From positions 64,001 through 77,277 of the IMG/VR virus record IMGVR_UViG_2936390555_000003: a stretch of DNA of 13,277 nucleotides, one strand, 5' to 3'. The DNA is from a virus (taxonomy: Duplodnaviria; Heunggongvirae; Uroviricota; Caudoviricetes). The notes beneath the pieces were generated by a model, which searched no databases, had not been told where the DNA came from, and saw nothing but the letters and a program-made list of their open reading frames with translations. Positions 6,340 through 13,277 of this stretch are shown here, in pieces. Both the position numbers and the translations under genes were made by a program. The first letter of the stretch is position 1. Every line of letters starts with the position of its first letter.

Positions 6340-7077
6340 ATGGAAAACAGTATTGTAATTAGCGAGAACAATGGTGAGCTGGTGGTGTCCAGTAGACAGG
6401 TTGCGGAGAACTTTGGAAAAAGGCATGACCATGTTATACGAGACATCGAGAGTATAATTAGTCACACCCCAATTTTGGGGGCTGATACCAAGACTGAATT
6501 TTCAACTCTGACCTCTATGTTCTATGAAACTACTTATAAGGCTGGCACAGGTAAGTCTTACAAAGAGTATCTCATGAACCGCGATGGATTCTCCTTGTTG
6601 GTCATGGGTTTTACCGGCAAGGAAGCGATGGCATGGAAAATCAAATATATCCAGGCTTTTAACGAGATGGAGAAGAAACTCAAGGAACCAGCTCCGCTTC
6701 AGAGAGAACAATTGGAAGTGGATTTGTATAATGCCAAGACCGCCCAGGCAAATCTCTGGTTGCTCATAGCTGGCAATACTAACAATGCCACTCACAAGGA
6801 AATCTGCAATGCTTATGCAGCAAATACCTTGGCAGGTCGTGAGGTCTTTGCTCTCCCCATGGTAGAACAGAAAACATATACTGCCACGGAGATAGGTAAT
6901 ATGCTTGGTATCTCAGCCAACAAGGTTGGCAAGATTGCCAATGAGCACTGCTTGAAGAATGATGAAAATGGCAAGTTCTTCTACGACAAGTCACGGTATA
7001 GCAATAAGACCGTGGAGTCGTTTAGATATTACTATTCAGCCGTAGATAAATTCCGTGATATTTTGAAGGGAGCATGA
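6340..7077 (+). CDS. Rha-family phage regulatory protein (245 aa)
   Basis: VVSSRQVAENFGKRHDHVIRDIE and YLMNRDGFSLLVMGFTGKEAMAWKIKYIQAFNEME are Rha signatures; C-terminal HTH-like ATEIGNMLGISANKVG. Confidence 0.92.
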   Translation: MENSIVISENNGELVVSSRQVAENFGKRHDHVIRDIESIISHTPILGADTKTEFSTLTSMFYETTYKAGTGKSYKEYLMNRDGFSLLVMGFTGKEAMAWKIKYIQAFNEMEKKLKEPAPLQREQLEVDLYNAKTAQANLWLLIAGNTNNATHKEICNAYAANTLAGREVFALPMVEQKTYTATEIGNMLGISANKVGKIANEHCLKNDENGKFFYDKSRYSNKTVESFRYYYSAVDKFRDILKGA

Positions 7078-7991
7078 TTCAAATGGAAACAACTTTTTAT
7101 CAGCATGTAGAGAGGCTTGGCAACGATGAGGTACAGGGTATCCTTGATGGCATGGTCTACCTGTTCACCAAGCTTGACGGAACAAACATTGGCATTCACA
7201 GCGAGAATGGTGAGGTCAAGGTAAACAGCCGTAAGCGTGCTATTGCTATTGGTTGTGATAACGCCGGTAGCTGTAAGTATGTAATGGACAATCCGAAGTT
7301 TGCTTCGTATCTCAAGGCGCATCCGCAGCACTACTTGTACGGAGAGTTCCTTGTACCGCATACAATCCGTAGCTACAGTGATGATGCATGGCGCAAGGTG
7401 TATATCTTTGATGTGGTTGATTACTCCGATGGCTACCCTCGCTACCTTACATACGAGGAGTATCAGCCGTTGCTTGAGGAATATGGCATCGAATATATTC
7501 CTCTCATTGCCAAGCTGGAGAATCCTACTGAGGCGCAGCTTTCCGAGTATCTCCAGCGGAGCAACTTCTTGCAGAGCGATGCCTCCATGCCAGGCGAGGG
7601 CATTGTCCTGAAGAACTATGGCTTCCGCAACGAGTACGGCAGAACCACATGGGCAAAACTGGTGCGCACGGAGTTCAAGATGCAGAAGAAATGCAAGGTG
7701 TCCGCGGTCGATGTCGAGCATGGCATTGTTGACCAGTATCTTACCACAGCCTTCATCGAAAAAGAGCTGGCGAAGGTGCTGAATGACATTGGCACATGGA
7801 ACAACAAGTACATTGGTCGTTGCCTGGGTACGGTATGGCATGAGCTTATCGTGGAGAATACCTGGGACATCGTGAAGAAATTCAAGAATCCGAAGATTGA
7901 CTTTGGCGTACTGAATGTCCTTGCAAACGAGAAGATTAAGCAGGTTATGTCCAAGTTCTTCAAGGAACAGGGTATTACATTGCCGTTTTAA
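7074..7991 (+). CDS. ATP-dependent RNA ligase, Rnl2-like (305 aa)
   Basis: Nucleotidyltransferase motifs I KLDGTN, III YGEF, IIIa IFDV, IV EGIVLK and V AKLV. Confidence 0.8.
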   Translation: MIQMETTFYQHVERLGNDEVQGILDGMVYLFTKLDGTNIGIHSENGEVKVNSRKRAIAIGCDNAGSCKYVMDNPKFASYLKAHPQHYLYGEFLVPHTIRSYSDDAWRKVYIFDVVDYSDGYPRYLTYEEYQPLLEEYGIEYIPLIAKLENPTEAQLSEYLQRSNFLQSDASMPGEGIVLKNYGFRNEYGRTTWAKLVRTEFKMQKKCKVSAVDVEHGIVDQYLTTAFIEKELAKVLNDIGTWNNKYIGRCLGTVWHELIVENTWDIVKKFKNPKIDFGVLNVLANEKIKQVMSKFFKEQGITLPF

Positions 7992-7998
7992 AGGCTGA

Positions 7999-8061
7999 TT
8001 TTGGCACCGTTAAATTCGAGGGTAATATGATTGTACCTAAATGGATTTAATGGTGCCAAAA
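7999..8061. other. Long intergenic inverted repeat / stem-loop
   Basis: TTTTGGCACCGTTAAATTC (7999-8017) pairs with GGATTTAATGGTGCCAAAA (8043-8061): 19 bp including two G-U pairs; inner GGTA/TACC mini-stem. Confidence 0.75.
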
Positions 8062-8084
8062 ATAGGGAATAAGAGGTGGTTTTT

Positions 8085-8240
8085 ATGGTAATAAATGCAC
8101 TCAGAGTAGTAATGATTTCGTTATTAGTCATTGGGATATATCTGCTTTTCCAAGGTGACTTCAATGCTGCGGAGCATAGCCTGATAATCTCGGTGCTTGC
8201 TTCATTGCAGATTCAGATAAGAGAGGGTGATTTGAAATGA
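8085..8240 (+). CDS. Small membrane protein (51 aa, MVINALRVVMISLLVIGIYLLFQG...)
   Basis: AAGAGGTGG RBS, ATG at 8085, TGA at 8238-8240, two hydrophobic stretches. Absent from the track. Confidence 0.7.
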   Translation: MVINALRVVMISLLVIGIYLLFQGDFNAAEHSLIISVLASLQIQIREGDLK

Positions 8241-8416
8241 TAAAAATGGTGAGAGAGGGGTTCCTGGCCATTGGTGCATTCACAGGTGTTTCCGCGTTGC
8301 TCACGGTACTTAATGTAGCCGATAAAAAGACATGGTTTGTTTTGCCACTTGTATTCATGGCTTACTTTTGCTTTAGGGTTTATGTGGTTTTGGGAGGTAG
8401 TAATGTTGAGAAATGA
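8237..8416 (+). CDS. Small membrane protein (59 aa, MIKMVREGFLAIGAFTGVSALLTVL...)
   Basis: GAGGGTGA RBS, ATGA coupling, two hydrophobic stretches. Absent from the track. Confidence 0.7.
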   Translation: MIKMVREGFLAIGAFTGVSALLTVLNVADKKTWFVLPLVFMAYFCFRVYVVLGGSNVEK

Positions 8417-8786
8417 TTTCAAAAGATTAAGTGAAGGCAAGGAGTTCATTATTGCTACGGACTTTGATGATACTCTCGTTCGTGCAAAGGAGTTCCCTGG
8501 GTTTTCCGGCAGAACGTTCTGGTTCTATGTACTCAGGTATATCCAGAGGAAGTATAGTAACGTGAGGGTAATCCTGTTCACATGCAGGGAAGGCAAGTAT
8601 CTCGATGATGCCGTGAACTTCTGCAGGAAGCACAGTCTTACCTTCGATGCCGTGAACGAGGATATTCCAAGCTCCATCGAATGGAAGGGAAAATCCAGGA
8701 AGCCATTTGCTCATATCTATGTGGACGATAGAAATGCAGGGATAGGCGAGGCAGTAAAGAAAATTTGCAGGGAAGCGAGGGAGTAA
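8403..8786 (+). CDS. HAD-superfamily phosphatase, capless type (127 aa)
   Basis: GGGAGGT RBS, ATG at 8403 (preferred over track start 8337). Motif I IATDFDDTL, motif II LFTCR, motifs III/IV RKP...IYVDDR. Confidence 0.85.
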   Translation: MLRNDFKRLSEGKEFIIATDFDDTLVRAKEFPGFSGRTFWFYVLRYIQRKYSNVRVILFTCREGKYLDDAVNFCRKHSLTFDAVNEDIPSSIEWKGKSRKPFAHIYVDDRNAGIGEAVKKICREARE

Positions 8787-8787
8787 C

Positions 8788-11700
8788 ATGTACATCTCAT
8801 TACATAATCACAGTCATTATTCTACGCTCGATGGGTATCAGACGGTACCTGAGATGGTCACGAGAGCAAAGGAGCTGGGCTACACAGCCCTCTCCCTGAC
8901 CGACCATGGAACCATGCGTGGCATCGTGGACTTTTATGAGGAATGTAATAGGCAGGAAATCAAGCCTATCCTTGGGTGCGAGTTTTATTTCTGCGAGACC
9001 CCTGAGATAAAGGACAGGGCATTGACTCACCATCTTGTCCTGCTAGCCATGGATGATACAGGGTATCACAATTTAAAGCTCCTGGATTCCGAGGCATACA
9101 AGGAAGAAAATTATTTCTTCACTATGCGCCTTGGACTGGATGAATTACGCAGACATTCCGAGGGCATCATCTGTCTAACTGCTTGCATGGCTGGTGTACT
9201 GAATACCAATAGAGCCGACTGGTGGATGCAGGAACTGCATGGCATCTTTGGTGACAGGCTGTACGCAGAGATACAGCCACTGAATATTCCTGAGCAGCAG
9301 GAGTATAACAGGAAAGTTATTGAGCTTGCCAGGAAATATAATGTACCTCTTGTAGTGACCACGGATGCGCATTATGCAACCCCTGCTGACCAGCCATATC
9401 ATACGTTATGGAATGAGATACGCGGATTTTCCTACCATGACAATGAGAATTACCTGTGGTCTGAGCAGGAGATTCGTGATACCGCATGGATTCCAGAGGA
9501 GGTAAAGGATGAAGCTATCAAAAATACTGAATACATTGCTAGCTTATGCAATGCTACCATTACTATGGGTGGCAACCATTATCCTTCGTATCCTACGGAT
9601 AACCCCAGCGAGGAAATAAGGAATATCTGTAGAAAGGCATGGAAGGACAAGGTGCCAAAGGGAAGGTACAAGGAATACGGCGAGAGGTTCAACGCTGAAA
9701 TGGTTGACCTGGAGAAAGCAGGATACCTCAATTACCTACTGGTAATATGGGATATGCTCAGATGGTGCATGGAAAATAATATACCCACGGGGGTAGGCAG
9801 GGGAAGCTGCTCTGGAAGCCTAGTTGGTTATTTGCTTGGTATTCATGAGATAGACCCGTTGGTTCATGGGACAGAGTTCTTCAGATTTTGCAATCCATTC
9901 AGAATTACTCCTTGTGACATAGACAGTGATGTGTCTACAGTGGGCAGAGGGAGAATAATAGATTATGTGAAGCAAAAGTATGGCAATATTTGCAAAGTCA
10001 TGACCATCGGCTATACAAAGAATCCTGAAAAGAACGATGTTGGCAAGGCATCCATTCAGAGGGCAGGGAAGGCATTGAAGCTAGAGGCTCAAGCATTAAG
10101 GTCGCTGGTTAAGCGTGTGACCGGAAGTCTCGAAGAAATTCTTGAGTGCCCTGAATTTGACAAGGCTACCCTTGAAAGACTCTATGATGTGGCAAAGCAT
10201 TTCTGTTATCGTCTTGACAAAACAGGATGCCTGGCCCCTCATGAATTAGTCAATACTTCCACGGGGATGCGTATGATAAAAGACATTAAGGTTGGTGACT
10301 ATGTTCTGACCGAAGATGGCTCTTATCGAAAAGTATACAATGTTATTCCAACCATTAGTTCTACCGAGAATATTATAAGGTTTAAAACTATATCCAATAA
10401 AAGTGGTATAGATTTTACAGCCAATCATGTAATGAAAGTGATTGATAGAAAGGTTATTGATGGTGTTGCTAATACTCGAGGTAGAATGTATACAGACTTA
10501 GATTCGGAATATAAATCGTATGAAATCGAAGCAAGAGATGTAGACATTAATAAGCATATGTTTTATATTCCCCTCGAAAAGAATAACTGTGACTATAAGG
10601 TTATACATCATGGCATATCAGGGTACAATTGTTCAATTAAAATAAAAGATGACATTGTGGTTGACGAAGATATGGCATGGTTGCTTGGGGCCTTTATAGC
10701 GGAGGGTTCAACAAGTAAATATGGTCATGCAGTAATATTTACATATAACGATGACGAGTCGGGATTCATAAATAAGACACTGCGAATTATGAAAGAAAAA
10801 TTTGGTATAGATGGAAAATTACGACATAGTAACCATGGGCATTCTATAGATGTAACATATAGTTCTAAAATGCTTGCAACATGGATTAAGAGGAATATAG
10901 GACATGGTTGTTATAATGTTAATATTCCACAATATATATGCGATTCAAATGATAGCGTTAAATTATCCTTTATTCGGGGCATATACGATGGAGAAGGACA
11001 GAAAACGCAACGAAAAAATGGAGGTCAGCGTTGTCAAATTGAAATGCATAATCGCCAGGTAATTTCATGGATATATAATACGTTATTACGTATGGGATTA
11101 CGCTGTTCATACAGGGAACAGCCAAGAAAGTCTGGTACCATTAGCTGGATATTGGGCTTATCGAATAACGCATGCTTTGCCATTTATGGTGAACCTCTTA
11201 CGTCTAAAGATACATATAAATATCAAATGGCTATTGTTACGATAGATGGGAGAAAATGCATGGCATTTAAAATTACAGAAAAAGATGAATTCAGAAACAT
11301 ATATCATACTGTTTATGATATATCTGTTGAAGGAAATCATACCTTTGCATGTAATGGATTTATTGTACATAACTGTCATGCCAGTGCTATCCTGGTAACG
11401 CCGGACGCGATTGAAAACTATACTCCATTGGAGGGAATGTATTCCAACGACACATCCACGGGTGAGCGCACATATATCCGAGCAGCAGCGTATACATTCC
11501 ATCAATTGGAAGCGATGGGATGCATGAAGCTTGATATACTCGGACTGTCTACATTGGACATTATAAATGATTGCTTAAAAAACATAGGCAAGACAAGGGC
11601 AGATATTCCAATGAACGACAAGAAAACTTTTGACACATATGCACAGGGCAACCTTGATGGCGTGTTTCAGATGGAGTCCAGCGGTATGCAGAGGGTAGCC

Positions 11701-12924
11701 AAGGAGCTTCATGTGTCCAACTTTAACGATGTTGCAGCATTGGTGGCACTGTTCCGTCCTGGCCCTATTGATTCAGGCATGCTCCAGCAGTACATAGATG
11801 CCAAGAATGGCGCGGAAGTACATTATACCTGTGATGCCATGAAAAAGATTGCAGGGAATACATTTAATGTACTGGTATACCAGGAACAGATAATGAAGAT
11901 AGCCATGGAGATGGCTGGTTATAACCTTGGGCAAGCAGATGCTTTGCGTAAGATTATCGGTCGCAAGGAAGTTATGAAGATTAACCAGGCGGTCAAGGAG
12001 TTCGTGGAGGCTTGCGTAGCGAATGGATACGAGGAGTCCGTTGCTCAGTCCGTGGGAGAACAGATAAGAGCCGCTGGCAACTATTGTTTCAACAAAGCTC
12101 ATGCATGTTCTTACGCTCTCCTGTCATACATGACCGCGTACCTGAAGACCCATTATCCTGTGGAGTACATGTGTGCAGTGATAAATTCCAAGGGCAAGCA
12201 GGAGGATATTATAAAGTACCTTCCTGAACTCAAGAGGCTCAACATAGAAATCCTGGAGCCAAGCTATAAAGTTGGCAACATGGAGTGGCAGGTGGAAGGC
12301 AGGAATATCCGCATGGGACTTGGCTACATCAAGGGCGTAGGGAAGAACATCGTTCTCGGATGTAAGTCATGGAAAGAGTTCGTTGACAAGAATACGAAGA
12401 CCGTTGGCATGGCACTGATAAAAGCAGGAGCCATGGACTCCATCGGGAAATCCCGTGCATGGATGATTGCAAATTTCGAGGATGATTCCAAGAAGCTCCA
12501 GCGAGTCAGGCAATGCGATGAGCGTATAGAACATTATAGCCAGCTCGGAGACACCAAAAGGGTTGAGCAGTGGCAACAGAAGAAAAGCGAAGTGCAGCTG
12601 AGTATCAACGCTGAAAAGGAATACGATGAAGCCAAGGGGGAAATGGAAGTGCTTGGCATGTCATTCCATAAGTTGCCAAAGATACTCGTGGGCATCGCTG
12701 ATTCCGTGCAGGAGTTCCATGATAAGAAAGGAAACACCATGGCGAGAATAGTTTTCAAGACGGATTACGGTGAATTCAAGGGAGTGGTCTTTGCCAGCAA
12801 GTGGAAAAAGAAGACCGCATGGGAACGCGGAAGAGGCAACGTACCTGGGATAACCGTGGAGCAGGGAAAGAAATACGAATTCATTATAGATAACGGTGTG
12901 ATAATGGATGCCAAATGTTGCTAA
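8788..12924 (+). CDS. dnaE: DNA polymerase III alpha subunit (family C, DnaE-type) precursor with intein; 1378 aa, about 996 aa spliced
   Basis: PHP motifs LHNHSHYSTLDG, TDHG, TDAHY; GVGRGSCSGS; catalytic PCDIDSD; KLDILGL; GVFQME; RPGP; VYQEQIM; CFNKAH; GLGYIKGVG HhH; C-terminal OB-like region. Confidence 0.96.
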   Translation: MYISLHNHSHYSTLDGYQTVPEMVTRAKELGYTALSLTDHGTMRGIVDFYEECNRQEIKPILGCEFYFCETPEIKDRALTHHLVLLAMDDTGYHNLKLLDSEAYKEENYFFTMRLGLDELRRHSEGIICLTACMAGVLNTNRADWWMQELHGIFGDRLYAEIQPLNIPEQQEYNRKVIELARKYNVPLVVTTDAHYATPADQPYHTLWNEIRGFSYHDNENYLWSEQEIRDTAWIPEEVKDEAIKNTEYIASLCNATITMGGNHYPSYPTDNPSEEIRNICRKAWKDKVPKGRYKEYGERFNAEMVDLEKAGYLNYLLVIWDMLRWCMENNIPTGVGRGSCSGSLVGYLLGIHEIDPLVHGTEFFRFCNPFRITPCDIDSDVSTVGRGRIIDYVKQKYGNICKVMTIGYTKNPEKNDVGKASIQRAGKALKLEAQALRSLVKRVTGSLEEILECPEFDKATLERLYDVAKHFCYRLDKTGCLAPHELVNTSTGMRMIKDIKVGDYVLTEDGSYRKVYNVIPTISSTENIIRFKTISNKSGIDFTANHVMKVIDRKVIDGVANTRGRMYTDLDSEYKSYEIEARDVDINKHMFYIPLEKNNCDYKVIHHGISGYNCSIKIKDDIVVDEDMAWLLGAFIAEGSTSKYGHAVIFTYNDDESGFINKTLRIMKEKFGIDGKLRHSNHGHSIDVTYSSKMLATWIKRNIGHGCYNVNIPQYICDSNDSVKLSFIRGIYDGEGQKTQRKNGGQRCQIEMHNRQVISWIYNTLLRMGLRCSYREQPRKSGTISWILGLSNNACFAIYGEPLTSKDTYKYQMAIVTIDGRKCMAFKITEKDEFRNIYHTVYDISVEGNHTFACNGFIVHNCHASAILVTPDAIENYTPLEGMYSNDTSTGERTYIRAAAYTFHQLEAMGCMKLDILGLSTLDIINDCLKNIGKTRADIPMNDKKTFDTYAQGNLDGVFQMESSGMQRVAKELHVSNFNDVAALVALFRPGPIDSGMLQQYIDAKNGAEVHYTCDAMKKIAGNTFNVLVYQEQIMKIAMEMAGYNLGQADALRKIIGRKEVMKINQAVKEFVEACVANGYEESVAQSVGEQIRAAGNYCFNKAHACSYALLSYMTAYLKTHYPVEYMCAVINSKGKQEDIIKYLPELKRLNIEILEPSYKVGNMEWQVEGRNIRMGLGYIKGVGKNIVLGCKSWKEFVDKNTKTVGMALIKAGAMDSIGKSRAWMIANFEDDSKKLQRVRQCDERIEHYSQLGDTKRVEQWQQKKSEVQLSINAEKEYDEAKGEMEVLGMSFHKLPKILVGIADSVQEFHDKKGNTMARIVFKTDYGEFKGVVFASKWKKKTAWERGRGNVPGITVEQGKKYEFIIDNGVIMDAKCC
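10228..11373 (+). mobile_element. Intein with LAGLIDADG homing endonuclease (382 aa, precursor residues 481-862)
   Basis: Starts CLAPHELVNT, block B TANH, LAGLIDADG-like WLLGAFIAEGS and FIRGIYDGEG, ends VYDISVEGNHTFACNGFIVHN followed by +1 Cys. Removal restores DKTG-CHASAILV. Visibly more AT-rich than its flanks (one sampled 60-nt line each: 30% vs 48% GC). Confidence 0.95.
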
Positions 12925-12984
12925 TGTACTGCTAACAAAATAGCCGTGAAAACCCATGAATACTGGGGAGTTGTTTTCACTCAG

Positions 12985-13277
12985 TGAACACTCAACTGAA
13001 AACTCGGCTGAATGTTCAGTTTTTGAATATTCATTTTCTGAAAACAAAACAGGTTCAAGATTGTGATTTTCCGGGACTTTTGGCTGTGATTTTGCCTGCG
13101 AGTTTTCACTATCTGAACATTCAGTTATTGAACGTTCAGATAGTGAATATTCATTTATTGAATGTTCACTGGCTGAATGTTCATTATTTGAATGTTCACT
13201 TATTGAATGTTCATTATTTGAATGTTCACTTATTGAATGTTCATTATTTGAATGTTCACTTATTGAATGTTCACTGA
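12985..13277. repeat. Tandem array of near-palindromic TGAA-NN-TTCA cores with 15-bp period, running off the window end
   Basis: Eleven consecutive cores at 13114-13273, two more in phase at 13009 and 13024, degenerate copies at 12985 and 12997. The distal part is a perfect 30-bp higher-order repeat (TGAATGTTCATTATTTGAATGTTCACTTAT). Confidence 0.92.

Noticed and set aside
7032-7841. Long minus-strand ORFs (also 4571..5302, 2534..2983, 1167..1511)
   Set aside because: Antisense shadows of well-supported + strand genes, with no recognisable motifs.
12661-13047. Track ORF 12661..13047 (-) as a standalone gene
   Set aside because: Overlaps the dnaE 3' end antisense by 264 nt and is only the tail of a frame open to the window edge; kept only as one hypothesis for the repeat.
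1-13277. Suppressor tRNA or any other tRNA gene
   Set aside because: No cloverleaf or T-loop signature was recognisable by eye in the short intergenic gaps; tRNAscan-SE or ARAGORN should confirm.
13009-13277. CRISPR array
   Set aside because: Core is only 10 bp with 5-bp recurring linkers; no unique spacers and no cas genes in the window.
13009-13277. Eukaryotic heat-shock element (nGAAnnTTCn)
   Set aside because: Motif match is coincidental in a phage context, and the spacing is not the contiguous 5-bp HSE pattern.

Overview
A 13.3-kb segment of a tailed-phage or prophage genome, with all credible genes on the + strand. Positions 20-1640 hold a lysis cassette (small hypothetical, holin-like protein, Amidase_2-type endolysin, spanin-like protein) closed by an intrinsic terminator. 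From 1681 a promoter leads into two tandem BRO-N/KilAC antirepressors, about a dozen small accessory ORFs, a Rha regulator, an Rnl2-like RNA ligase, two small membrane proteins, a HAD phosphatase and a DnaE-type DNA polymerase III alpha carrying a LAGLIDADG intein. The window ends in an array of 15-bp palindromic repeats. The main signal is four in-frame TAG codons (83, 397, 442, 545) in three consecutive lysis-cassette genes, each with a good RBS and ATG upstream of the TAG and an intact frame after it. About 2400 codons of the five longest regulatory/replication genes contain none. This points to amber recoding or readthrough restricted to late genes. No suppressor tRNA or release factor is visible in the window, so the mechanism and the inserted amino acid are inferred. 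All family assignments come from motif recognition, not database searches.
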